Source: Escherichia phage vB_EcoM_HZ_ZJUN4. From it: DNA of 64,000 bases. Where the stretch lies: sequence record PP216085, one strand, 5' to 3'. The position numbers and the translations under genes are program-made. The notes beneath the pieces were generated by a model that saw nothing but the letters and a program-made list of their open reading frames with translations, was not told the origin of the DNA and ran no database searches. Each line of letters opens with the position of its first letter. Position 1 is the first letter of the stretch. This document shows positions 48,738 to 57,674 of the stretch, in pieces.

Positions 48738-49250
48738 TTCTTCTAGCGTTGATATGAAAAAATATAAATTGCAGAACAATGTTCGTCGTTCTATTAAATC
48801 CTCTTCAATGAACTATGCGAATGTCGCTATTATGACAGACGCAGATCACGATGGATAGCCTTCGGGCTATCTATAGAAATACCTCATAATTAAGAGATTA
48901 TTGGATTAGGTTCTATTTATCCTTCTCTGCTCGGATTTTTTAGTAATTGGCCAGAATTGTTTGAACAAGGAAGAATTCGCTTTGTCAAAACTCCTGTAAT
49001 CATCGCTCAGGTCGGTAAAAAACAAGAATGGTTTTATACAGTCGCTGAATATGAGAGTGCCAAAGATGCTCTACCTAAACATAGCATCCGTTATATTAAA
49101 GGACTTGGCTCTTTGGAAAAATCTGAATATCGTGAGATGATTCAAAACCCAGTATATGATGTTGTTAAACTTCCTGAGAACTGGAAAGAGCTTTTTGAAA
49201 TGCTCATGGGAGATAATGCTGACCTTCGTAAAGAATGGATGAGCCAGTAG
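48718..49250 (+). CDS. 60: DNA topoisomerase II small subunit gp60, translated by ribosomal bypass of a 50-nt gap (segment 1 48718..48855, segment 2 48906..49250)
   Basis: Segment 1 ends ...DADHDG at GGA then TAG; matching GGA lies 47 nt downstream and the continuing frame encodes LGSIYPSLLGFFSNWPELFEQGRIRF...; matches recalled T4 gp60. Confidence 0.9.
48853..48908 (+). other. gene 60 translational bypass (hop) element: take-off GGA, UAG stop, CCUUCGGG hairpin, landing GGA
   Basis: GGATAGCCTTCGGGCTATCTATAGAAATACCTCATAATTAAGAGATTATTGGATTA read directly. Confidence 0.9.
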
Positions 49251-49279
49251 TTTACTTTACCACAAGGACGTGGTATAAT
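49249..49279 (+). promoter_or_regulatory. T4-type early promoter
   Basis: GTTTACTTT...CGTGGTATAAT. Confidence 0.6.
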
Positions 49280-49304
49280 TAATTGGGCAAATGAGGATAT
49301 TGAA

Positions 49305-49508
49305 ATGAAATCATATAAAGTAAATTTAGAACTTTTTGATAAAGCAGTTCATCGAGAATATAGAATCATTCAACGCTTTTTCGATATGGGAGAAGCCGAA
49401 GAGTTTAAAAACCGCTTTAAGAATATTAGAGATAAAATTCAATCCGACACCGCAACTAAAGATGAACTACTAGAAGTTGCTGAAGTTATTAAACGCAATA
49501 TGAATTAA
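49305..49508 (+). CDS. hypothetical protein upstream of rIIA
   Basis: 67 aa, RBS GAGGATATTGAA. Confidence 0.5.
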   Translation: MKSYKVNLELFDKAVHREYRIIQRFFDMGEAEEFKNRFKNIRDKIQSDTATKDELLEVAEVIKRNMN

Positions 49509-49518
49509 TGAGGAAATT

Positions 49519-51696
49519 ATGATTATCACCACTGAAAAAGAAACTATTCTTGGTAATGGTTCTAAATCAAAAGCATTTAGCATCACAGCATCTCCTAAAG
49601 TATTTAAAATTCTGTCATCTGATTTGTATACAAACAAGATTCGCGCAGTAGTACGTGAATTGATTACTAATATGATTGATGCCCATGCTCTTAATGGAAA
49701 TCCTGAAAAATTTATCATACAAGTTCCAGGACGATTAGACCCACGATTTGTTTGCCGAGATTTTGGTCCGGGTATGAGCGATTTTGATATTCAGGGTGAT
49801 GATAATTCTCCTGGGTTGTATAATTCATACTTTAGTTCATCTAAGGCTGAATCTAACGATTTCATTGGCGGATTTGGTTTAGGTTCTAAATCTCCGTTTA
49901 GTTATACTGATACATTTAGTATTACTTCATATCATAAAGGTGAAATTCGTGGTTATGTAGCTTACATGGATGGTGACGGTCCGCAGATTAAACCTACATT
50001 CGTAAAAGAAATGGGTCCAAATGATAAAACTGGTATTGAAATCGTAGTTCCAGTTGAAGAAAAAGACTTTAGAAACTTTGCTTATGAAGTTTCTTATATC
50101 ATGCGACCATTCAAAGATTTGGCTATTATTAATGGTCTTGACCGTGAAATTGATTATTTTCCGGATTTTGATGACTATTACGGCGTAAATCCAGAAAGAT
50201 ATTGGCCAGATCGTGGTGGATTGTATGCTATCTATGGCGGTATTGTTTATCCTATTGATGGTGTTATTAGAGACCGTAACTGGTTAAGCATCCGCAATGA
50301 AGTGAATTATATTAAGTTTCCAATGGGTTCACTTGATATTGCTCCATCGCGTGAGGCTCTTTCACTAGATGATCGTACTCGTAAAAATATTATTGAGCGT
50401 GTTAAAGAGCTCAGTGAGAAGGCATTTAATGAAGATGTAAAACGATTTAAAGAATCTACATCTCCTCGTCATACATACCGTGAATTGATGAAGATGGGGT
50501 ATTCTGCTCGAGATTATATGATTAGTAATTCAGTCAAATTCACGACTAAAAATCTGTCATATAAGAAGATGCAGAGCATGTTTGAACCTGACAGTAAGTT
50601 ATGCAATGCAGGGGTTGTGTATGAAGTAAATCTTGACCCTCGACTGAAACGCATTAAGCAAAGTCATGAAACTTCAGCCGTTGCATCAAGCTATCGTCTG
50701 TTTGGTATTAATACGACAAAAATTAATATTGTTATTGATAATACTAAAAATCGTGTTAATATTGTCCGTGGATTAGCACGCGCGTTAGATGATAGTGAAT
50801 TTAATAACACCTTAAATATTCATCACAATGAGCGGCTTCTGTTTATTAATCCGGAAGTAGAATCGCAGATTGATTTGCTTCCTGATATTATGGCAATGTT
50901 TGAAAGTGATGAAGTTAACATTCATTATTTATCAGAAATTGAAGCTTTAGTTAAAAGTTATATTCCAAAGGCAGTAAAAAGTACAGCTCCTCGTCCTAAA
51001 GCTGCTACTGCATTTAAGTTTGAAATTAAAGACGGGCGCTGGGAAAAAGAGGAATTGTTTACGCTCACATCAGAAGCAGATGAAATTACTGGTTATGTAG
51101 CATACATGCATCGTTCTGATATTTTCTCTATGGATGGTACTACATCGCTTTGTCATCCATCTACGAGTATTTTGACTCGTATGGCTAATCTTATTGGCAT
51201 TAATGAATTTTATGTTATTCGTCCGCTTTTGCAGAAAAAGGTAAAAGAACTTGGTCAATGCCAATGTATTTTTGAAACTTTGCGTGATTTATATGTAGAT
51301 GCTTTTGATGATGTAGATTATGATAAGTATGTAGGTTATTCAAGTTCAGCTAAACGATATATTGATAAAATTATCAAGTATCCTGAGTTAGATTTTATGA
51401 TGAAGTACTTCAGTGTAGATGAAGTTTCTGAAGAATATACACGACTCGCTAATATGGTTAGTTCATTACAGGGTGTATATTTCAACGGTGGAAAAGATAC
51501 CATCGGTCATGACATCTGGACAGTAACTAATCTTTTTGATGTATTATCAAATAATGCTTCAAAAAACAGTGATAAAATGGTTGCTGAGTTTACCAAGAAA
51601 TTCCGTATTGTTTCCGACTTCATCGGTTATCGCAACTCTTTAAGTGATGATGAAGTTTCCCAAATCGCTAAAACTATGAAGGCCCTTGCGGCCTAA
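49519..51696 (+). CDS. rIIA: rIIA protein
   Basis: 725 aa; N-terminal GHKL-like ATPase motifs ([25 protein letters not shown]); followed by rIIB. Confidence 0.9.
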   Translation: MIITTEKETILGNGSKSKAFSITASPKVFKILSSDLYTNKIRAVVRELITNMIDAHALNGNPEKFIIQVPGRLDPRFVCRDFGPGMSDFDIQGDDNSPGLYNSYFSSSKAESNDFIGGFGLGSKSPFSYTDTFSITSYHKGEIRGYVAYMDGDGPQIKPTFVKEMGPNDKTGIEIVVPVEEKDFRNFAYEVSYIMRPFKDLAIINGLDREIDYFPDFDDYYGVNPERYWPDRGGLYAIYGGIVYPIDGVIRDRNWLSIRNEVNYIKFPMGSLDIAPSREALSLDDRTRKNIIERVKELSEKAFNEDVKRFKESTSPRHTYRELMKMGYSARDYMISNSVKFTTKNLSYKKMQSMFEPDSKLCNAGVVYEVNLDPRLKRIKQSHETSAVASSYRLFGINTTKINIVIDNTKNRVNIVRGLARALDDSEFNNTLNIHHNERLLFINPEVESQIDLLPDIMAMFESDEVNIHYLSEIEALVKSYIPKAVKSTAPRPKAATAFKFEIKDGRWEKEELFTLTSEADEITGYVAYMHRSDIFSMDGTTSLCHPSTSILTRMANLIGINEFYVIRPLLQKKVKELGQCQCIFETLRDLYVDAFDDVDYDKYVGYSSSAKRYIDKIIKYPELDFMMKYFSVDEVSEEYTRLANMVSSLQGVYFNGGKDTIGHDIWTVTNLFDVLSNNASKNSDKMVAEFTKKFRIVSDFIGYRNSLSDDEVSQIAKTMKALAA

Positions 51697-51707
51697 TAAG
51701 GAAAATT

Positions 51708-52646
51708 ATGTACAATATTAAATGCCTGACCAAAAACGAACAAGCTGAAATTGTTAAACTGTATTCAAGCGGTAATTATACCCAACAGGAATTGGCTTAT
51801 TGGAAAGATGTATCGGTTGACACCATCCGTCGTGTTTTGAAAAATGCTGAAGAAGCTGAACGCTCCAAAGTTACTATTAGCGGTGACATTACAGTTGAAG
51901 TTAAGAGTGATGTAGCTATTGCTCCAGTTGCTAAATCTGACATTATTTGGAATGCATCTAAAAAATTCATTTCAATTACTGTTGACGGCGTAACTTATAA
52001 CGCAACTCCTAATACTCATTCAAACTTCCAGGAAATTCTTAACCTGCTTGTTGCAGATAAATTGGAAGAAGCAGCACAAAAAATTAACGTTCGTCGCGCT
52101 GTTGAAAAATATATTTCCGGTGATGTTCGAATTGAAGGTGGAAGCTTGTTCTATCAAAACATTGAATTGCGGTCTGGTTTAGTTGATCGTATTCTCGATT
52201 CGATGGAAAAAGGCGAAAACTTTGAATTTTATTTTCCGTTCTTGGAAAATCTGCTGGAAAACCCAAGCCAAAAAGCGGTATCTCGACTCTTTGATTTCTT
52301 GGTAGCAAACGATATTGAAATTACAGAAGACGGTTACTTCTATGCTTGGAAAGTAGTTCGCAGTAATTACTTTGACTGCCATTCAAATACTTTTGATAAC
52401 AGTCCTGGTAAAGTAGTTAAAATGCCACGTACTCGTGTGAATGACGATGATACACAAACTTGTTCTCGTGGTCTGCATGTGTGTTCTAAATCTTATATTC
52501 GTCACTTTGGCAGTTCAACCAGCCGAGTTGTAAAAGTTAAAGTACATCCTCGCGATGTAGTATCAATTCCGATTGATTACAACGATGCTAAAATGCGTAC
52601 CTGCCAATACGAAGTAGTTGAAGACGTTACTGAACAATTTAAATAA
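51708..52646 (+). CDS. rIIB: rIIB protein
   Basis: 312 aa; MYNIKCLTKNEQAEIVKLY...; immediately downstream of rIIA. Confidence 0.9.
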   Translation: MYNIKCLTKNEQAEIVKLYSSGNYTQQELAYWKDVSVDTIRRVLKNAEEAERSKVTISGDITVEVKSDVAIAPVAKSDIIWNASKKFISITVDGVTYNATPNTHSNFQEILNLLVADKLEEAAQKINVRRAVEKYISGDVRIEGGSLFYQNIELRSGLVDRILDSMEKGENFEFYFPFLENLLENPSQKAVSRLFDFLVANDIEITEDGYFYAWKVVRSNYFDCHSNTFDNSPGKVVKMPRTRVNDDDTQTCSRGLHVCSKSYIRHFGSSTSRVVKVKVHPRDVVSIPIDYNDAKMRTCQYEVVEDVTEQFK

Positions 52647-52658
52647 GGGCTTCGGCCC
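52647..52658 (+). other. GGGCTTCGGCCC hairpin after rIIB (no strong U-tract)
   Basis: UUCG-loop GC hairpin; likely RNA structure or weak terminator. Confidence 0.4.
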
Positions 52659-52674
52659 CTTACTGAGGAAAATT

Positions 52675-52869
52675 ATGTTAGGTTATCAAGCACGAGTAAA
52701 AGAAGAATACGATCAATTAATGCTCAAAATTAATGCGCTGAGCAAATTTTTAGAAAGCACAAAGTTTCTAACGATTAATGAAGTTGAACAAGAATTACTG
52801 CTTTCACAGTTCATCTCAATGAAATCTTACGCAGATTGTTTAGAAAAAAGAATTGCACAATTCAAATAA
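52675..52869 (+). CDS. hypothetical protein
   Basis: Track ORF 52618 trimmed to ATG after TGAGGAAAATT; 64 aa. Confidence 0.45.
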   Translation: MLGYQARVKEEYDQLMLKINALSKFLESTKFLTINEVEQELLLSQFISMKSYADCLEKRIAQFK

Positions 52870-52874
52870 AATAA

Positions 52875-52896
52875 GGGGCTTCGGCCCTTTTGTTTT
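52875..52896 (+). terminator. GGGGCTTCGGCCC hairpin + U-tract
   Basis: UUCG-loop hairpin followed by TTTTGTTTT. Confidence 0.55.
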
Positions 52897-52907
52897 AAGG
52901 AAAAATT

Positions 52908-53237
52908 ATGATTTATTGTATGAATATCGGTGATTCCGACATAAAAGAGATTAAACTGCACGGAAATCATCACGCTAATATTGTGTACTGCAATAAATTT
53001 GAGTTTGGTCACGAAAAACTTGGGTTTCTTTACTGTAATGATGTTATAGTCATGGATAAAAAGGAACTCGATGATCTCGACCATGAGTCTTTAGATGAAA
53101 ATGATCGAATTTATTATGGCACTCTTAAAGTATATAACGCTTATCTCAGCGGTAAAAAGGAAAGTCTAAATGCAGAAAACGAATCCGGGTTTACAGAGAC
53201 TATTTCAGATTCCGACATTTACCCTATCGAACAATGA
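52908..53237 (+). CDS. hypothetical protein
   Basis: 109 aa, RBS AAGGAAAAATT; overlaps next ORF. Confidence 0.4.
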   Translation: MIYCMNIGDSDIKEIKLHGNHHANIVYCNKFEFGHEKLGFLYCNDVIVMDKKELDDLDHESLDENDRIYYGTLKVYNAYLSGKKESLNAENESGFTETISDSDIYPIEQ

Positions 53238-53727
53238 TTTGACTAGTGAAATGAAGGTCAAAATTGCTGATACAGCAAGATACTCTTTAAAACAAAATCC
53301 AAATCAGGATAAAGCAGAAGTCATCGAAAGATGCCGTATCGCTGTGTATGCAGAGTTTTTTGTAGCAGATTGGTTAAGCGGGTATGTTAACAAAGGCCAA
53401 GAGGATGTTAATGACCCGTATACATACGCATGGGATGTATTGGCGCATCCAAGATACTGCGGGCTTCGTGTAGAAGTTAAGACACATCAAACTGACTCAC
53501 GTTGGATTTCTGTAACAACAGGATGCAGCGGAGAGTATCCATACGGTTCTGGAATAAATCTAGGGCCCATTCTGAATCATCAGGTCGCTGACTGTATAAT
53601 TATATTCAACACTAAAGAAATTCACCCAGGTGTCATCCAGTACACTCCGAAGTTCATCGGTGATAGAGAAGACCTTCGTAAAGTTGTAAGAAAAAGCAAC
53701 TACAACGGATGGTATCTTTCCATTTAA
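53170..53727 (+). CDS. denB: probable endonuclease IV DenB
   Basis: 185 aa ORF between rIIB and ndd; assignment mainly by synteny and length. Confidence 0.55.
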   Translation: MQKTNPGLQRLFQIPTFTLSNNDLTSEMKVKIADTARYSLKQNPNQDKAEVIERCRIAVYAEFFVADWLSGYVNKGQEDVNDPYTYAWDVLAHPRYCGLRVEVKTHQTDSRWISVTTGCSGEYPYGSGINLGPILNHQVADCIIIFNTKEIHPGVIQYTPKFIGDREDLRKVVRKSNYNGWYLSI

Positions 53728-53743
53728 AAAATTTCACAAAACG

Positions 53744-53773
53744 GTTTACATACCACAAGGACTGTGGTACTAT
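53744..53773 (+). promoter_or_regulatory. T4-type early promoter (copy B of repeated promoter-leader cassette)
   Basis: GTTTACATA...CTGTGGTACTAT followed by leader identical to copy A. Confidence 0.6.
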
Positions 53774-53807
53774 ACAACTATCAACTGATGCGGATTTGGA
53801 GAATAAA

Positions 53808-54014
53808 ATGTTTACTACAGCTGAATTAAAACGAGCAAAAGCTAAGAAAGGGCAAGGAAAATATAAAGCTGAATTAGTTAAAGAACTTCAGTTTGCTGAG
53901 GCTGAATTGAATTCAATGATTATTCAAAATGCTCCAGAAACTGAAATTGCTCTTAAACGTATTGCGAATAAGTGTCTTCGTGATGCAATTGTCGATCTTT
54001 TAGCGGATTATTGA
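53808..54014 (+). CDS. hypothetical protein
   Basis: Track ORF 53709 trimmed to ATG after GGAGAATAAA; 68 aa. Confidence 0.45.
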   Translation: MFTTAELKRAKAKKGQGKYKAELVKELQFAEAELNSMIIQNAPETEIALKRIANKCLRDAIVDLLADY

Positions 54015-54283
54015 ATAAAATGAAATTTAAATTTTATTACGCTAAACATAAAATAACTGATGAGTTTGTGTCAGTTGAATATTCTAGCGATGATGAAGGT
54101 ATGATTTATACTCGCTTGGGACTATCGCACTGGGAGTCTGATACGCCTTATTTTTCAACTCCCGAAGAAATTACACGCTTAGTTAATGGTCATATGAATG
54201 ACCACTGGAATGTAATTCTTTCAGATAGTCTTAAAGCGGCTATTAATAGTAATGAAATGAAAATCGCTGAGATTGAACTATGA
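54011..54283 (+). CDS. hypothetical protein
   Basis: Track ORF, 90 aa, ATGA overlap. Confidence 0.45.
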   Translation: MNKMKFKFYYAKHKITDEFVSVEYSSDDEGMIYTRLGLSHWESDTPYFSTPEEITRLVNGHMNDHWNVILSDSLKAAINSNEMKIAEIEL

Positions 54284-54468
54284 GTTCATTATGGTGGTGT
54301 TTTGTTTGGTTAATTAGTATTCCATTGATTTGTTTAGTATTTACTTTTGTGATGAGGTTATTATGAAAATTTTGAATTCTGTACTTATTGCTTGTGCATG
54401 GTGGGTTGCGCAAGTTTCAGCAGTAGTAGTTGGTATTCACATTTATTACGAATATTTTTAAAAAAGTT

Positions 54469-54498
54469 ATTTACAAGACTGTTCCTCTGTGGTATTAT
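54469..54498 (+). promoter_or_regulatory. T4-type early promoter
   Basis: ATTTACAAG...TGTGGTATTAT. Confidence 0.55.
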
Positions 54499-54526
54499 TA
54501 CCCTATCAACTACGGAGGAACAGAAA

Positions 54527-54640
54527 ATGAAAAAGATTGTTAAAGCTATATGGAATGTAGTTATAATACTAATAGTTTTGAGTATATTCCCAATCGTTTT
54601 AATGATTGATGTATTAAACGCTTACTTTGGATTTATGTGA
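54527..54640 (+). CDS. small hydrophobic peptide (37 aa)
   Basis: ATG after CGGAGGAACAGAAA; MKKIVKAIWNVVIILIVLSIFPIVLMIDVLNAYFGFM. Confidence 0.4.
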   Translation: MKKIVKAIWNVVIILIVLSIFPIVLMIDVLNAYFGFM

Positions 54641-54647
54641 GGAAAAT

Positions 54648-54845
54648 ATGAAGCGTAAACGTAGTGCTTTTACATTTATGGAATGGTTTTTCGATAATAT
54701 TTTTCCAGCTTTATTCATTTTCATGCTGATTTTTGCCTTAGGTTCAGTTGTAGTTGGAATCTATTTGATGGCAGTTGTCGGAATGGACATTCATCAAAAT
54801 GGCTTAAAATCTGTAGTTGAAACAATTTGGAATGGTGTAAAATAA
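54648..54845 (+). CDS. small membrane protein (65 aa)
   Basis: Track ORF 54627 trimmed to ATG after GAGGAAAAT. Confidence 0.45.
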   Translation: MKRKRSAFTFMEWFFDNIFPALFIFMLIFALGSVVVGIYLMAVVGMDIHQNGLKSVVETIWNGVK

Positions 54846-54960
54846 TGAATTTACTAAGCATTTGGTTTTATATTCTTATGTTTTACATTGGTGCAAATTT
54901 CCCATACTGGATGGGATGGTCAACAACTGCATTTGGATTTTATACTCCCTGAGGTGAATT

Positions 54961-55176
54961 ATGAAAATTTTTAAAGATGTAAAGGTCGGTGAAATTTTTT
55001 GCTTAGATAATGGTGATCAGTTAATTCGTATTTCACCTCTTAAGAGCACTAGCGAGAAAATGACAGTTAACGCTACTTTAGCAAATAACAGTAATGAACG
55101 TTTCTGTATTGAAAATGATACTGAAACTTATACTGTAGAAGAATTCTGGGAATTAAGTGTCGACTGCGACGATTAA
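54961..55176 (+). CDS. hypothetical protein
   Basis: 71 aa, RBS TGAGGTGAATT. Confidence 0.5.
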   Translation: MKIFKDVKVGEIFCLDNGDQLIRISPLKSTSEKMTVNATLANNSNERFCIENDTETYTVEEFWELSVDCDD

Positions 55177-55236
55177 TTTATCGGCCGTGTGTATTCATGC
55201 GGCCTTGGAGTAGAAAATAATTTAGAGGAAATTAAT

Positions 55237-55692
55237 ATGAAATACATGACTGTTACTGATCTGAATAATGCAGGCGCAACTGTTATTGGTACAATTAAGG
55301 GCGGTGAATGGGTTTTTGGAACTCCGCATAAAGACATTTTGTCTAACCCTGGATTTTACTTTTTAGTAAGCAAATTTGGTGGTCCATTTGATAGTCCATG
55401 TGTATCTGCACGATTTTATGTAGGTAATCAGCGTTCTAAACAAGGATTTAGCGCAGTTCTAAGTCATATTCGCCAGCGTCGGTCTCAGCTTGCGCGTACT
55501 ATTGCAAATAACAATGTTCCATACACGGTATTTTATCTACCTGCTTCTAAGATGAAACCTCTGACGACGGGATTTGGAAAAGGTCAGTTAGCTTTAGCGT
55601 TTACTCGTAATCATCATTCTGAGTATCAAACACTTGAAGAAATGAACCGTATGTTGGCTGATAACTTTAAATTTGTTTTGCAGGCATATTAA
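55237..55692 (+). CDS. ndd: nucleoid disruption protein Ndd
   Basis: Track ORF trimmed to 151 aa [25 protein letters not shown]...; matches recalled T4 Ndd. Confidence 0.8.
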
Positions 55693-55772
55693 TGAGTAAT
55701 TTCCATAACGAACATGTAATGCAGTTCTATCGTAACAATCTTAAAACTAAAGGCGTCTTCGGACGCCAGTGA
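55692..55772 (+). CDS. stp: Stp peptide (activator of host PrrC anticodon nuclease)
   Basis: Not in ORF track; 26 aa [26 protein letters not shown]; start overlaps ndd stop (TAATG); matches recalled T4 Stp. Confidence 0.75.
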
Positions 55773-55779
55773 GGAAAAT

Positions 55780-55935
55780 ATGAATATTGCAAAACTATTA
55801 GGAGTTATTTCATTTATTTGTTGGATAGTAGCATGTGTTTTAACTATCTGTATCGATGCTAGCAGTGTGTTTTCGCAAGCTTTAGCTCAGGGTATGTGTG
55901 CATATTTAACATTTGCGTTGTTATCTAATGATTAA
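55780..55935 (+). CDS. ac: probable Ac (acriflavine sensitivity) membrane protein
   Basis: Not in ORF track; 51 aa hydrophobic peptide between stp and 52, RBS GTGAGGAAAAT. Confidence 0.55.
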   Translation: MNIAKLLGVISFICWIVACVLTICIDASSVFSQALAQGMCAYLTFALLSND

Positions 55936-56068
55936 GAAAATCTTGGGCTACTCGGTAGCCCTTGCTGCTTTATTGGTAGCACTATATTATGGAGTAATGT
56001 TCGGATTAATTCAAGTCGTGCTTTTCATTTCTGATGTTATTATGGCACTACATTCACTAGTATGGTAA
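55928..56068 (+). CDS. small membrane peptide (46 aa)
   Basis: Not in ORF track; ATG overlaps the preceding stop. Confidence 0.3.
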   Translation: MIKKILGYSVALAALLVALYYGVMFGLIQVVLFISDVIMALHSLVW

Positions 56069-56072
56069 ATTT

Positions 56073-57401
56073 ATGCAACTGAATAATCGCGATTTAAAAA
56101 GTATCATTGATAATGAAGCATTGGCTTATGCTATGTACACGGTTGAAAATCGTGCTATTCCAAATATGATTGATGGATTTAAGCCAGTTCAACGATTTGT
56201 TATTGCTCGAGCTCTTGATTTGGCACGGGGAAATAAAGATAAGTTTCACAAACTTGCTTCTATTGCAGGTGGTGTAGCAGACCTTGGATATCATCATGGT
56301 GAAAACTCTGCGCAAGACGCGGGGGCTTTGATGGCTAATACTTGGAATAATAACTTTCCTTTGTTAGATGGTCAAGGAAACTTTGGTTCTCGTACCGTCC
56401 AAAAAGCAGCAGCAAGTCGTTATATTTTTGCTCGTGTAAGTAAAAATTTCTATAACGTATATAAAGATACTGAATATGCTCCGGTACATCAAGATAAAGA
56501 ACACATTCCTCCTGCTTTCTATCTGCCTATTATTCCTACTGTTCTTCTTAATGGTGTTTCCGGTATTGCAACTGGTTATGCAACTTACATTCTTCCTCAT
56601 AGTGTTTCTTCTGTCAAGAAAGCTGTACTACAAGCTCTTCAAGGAAAGAAAGTAACTAAACCAAAGGTAGAATTCCCAGAATTTCGCGGTGAAGTCGTTG
56701 AAATTGAAGGTCAATATGAAATTCGTGGAACGTACAAGTTTACTTCACGAACTCAAATGAATATCACTGAGATTCCGTATAAGTATGATCGCGAAACTTA
56801 TGTGAGTAAAATCTTAGACCCGCTTGAAGATAAAGGCTTCATTACGTGGGATGATGCTTGTGGTGAGCATGGTTTTGGCTTTAAAATTAAATTCCGCAAA
56901 GAATACTCTTTGAGCGATAACGAAGAAGAACGCCATGCAAAAATTATGAAAGACTTCGGGTTGATTGAGCGTCGTTCCCAGAATATTACAGTCATCAACG
57001 AGAAAGGAAAACTACAAGTTTACGATAACGTAGTTGATTTAATTAAAGACTTCGTTGAAGTTCGTAAAACTTATGTCCAAAAACGAATTGATAACAAAAT
57101 CAAAGAAACTGAATCAGCATTTCGTTTAGCCTTTGCCAAGGCACATTTCATTAAGAAAGTGATTTCAGGTGAAATTGTTGTACAAGGTAAAACTCGCAAA
57201 GAACTGACTGAAGAACTTTCTAAAATTGATATGTATTCTTCTTATGTTGATAAACTAGTTGGAATGAACATTTTTCATATGACTTCCGACGAAGCAAAGA
57301 AACTTGCTGAAGAAGCTAAAGCTAAGAAAGAAGAAAACGAATATTGGAAAACTACTGATGTAGTTACAGAATACACCAAAGATTTAGAGGAAATCAAATG
57401 A
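56073..57401 (+). CDS. 52: DNA topoisomerase II medium subunit gp52 (GyrA-like)
   Basis: 442 aa; N-terminal MQLNNRDLKSIIDNEALAYAMYTVENRAIPNMIDGFKPVQRF breakage-reunion domain. Confidence 0.92.
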   Translation: MQLNNRDLKSIIDNEALAYAMYTVENRAIPNMIDGFKPVQRFVIARALDLARGNKDKFHKLASIAGGVADLGYHHGENSAQDAGALMANTWNNNFPLLDGQGNFGSRTVQKAAASRYIFARVSKNFYNVYKDTEYAPVHQDKEHIPPAFYLPIIPTVLLNGVSGIATGYATYILPHSVSSVKKAVLQALQGKKVTKPKVEFPEFRGEVVEIEGQYEIRGTYKFTSRTQMNITEIPYKYDRETYVSKILDPLEDKGFITWDDACGEHGFGFKIKFRKEYSLSDNEEERHAKIMKDFGLIERRSQNITVINEKGKLQVYDNVVDLIKDFVEVRKTYVQKRIDNKIKETESAFRLAFAKAHFIKKVISGEIVVQGKTRKELTEELSKIDMYSSYVDKLVGMNIFHMTSDEAKKLAEEAKAKKEENEYWKTTDVVTEYTKDLEEIK

Positions 57402-57547
57402 GTCCATTCATAGGTATTACAAGCGCTGCATTAGTATCCGGTGGCATTTTACTGGCGGGTTTAGGTGTTGTTCCAGCTGTAGCAGGAGGTCTTCTTGCGT
57501 TCGGCATTCAACGTGTTATCATGACAGTTATCACAGTCATGCAGTAA
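57398..57547 (+). CDS. small glycine-rich membrane peptide (49 aa)
   Basis: Not in ORF track; ATGA overlap with gene 52 stop. Confidence 0.35.
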   Translation: MSPFIGITSAALVSGGILLAGLGVVPAVAGGLLAFGIQRVIMTVITVMQ

Positions 57548-57552
57548 TTTTA

Positions 57553-57578
57553 GGGAGAGCCTCGGCTCTCCCTTTTTT
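57553..57578 (+). terminator. intrinsic terminator
   Basis: GGGAGAGC-CTCG-GCTCTCCC hairpin followed by TTTTTT. Confidence 0.65.
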
Positions 57579-57603
57579 ATTTCAAAATTTTTTTCACAAA
57601 ACG

Positions 57604-57633
57604 GTTTACAACCAAAGCATACTGTGGTACTAT
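57604..57633 (+). promoter_or_regulatory. T4-type early promoter (copy C of repeated promoter-leader cassette) upstream of motA
   Basis: GTTTACAAC...CTGTGGTACTAT; shares 23-nt GTGGTACTATACAACTATCAACT with copies A and B. Confidence 0.6.
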
Positions 57634-57674
57634 ACAACTATCAACTACTGATACAGAATTACGGAGATTAGAAA

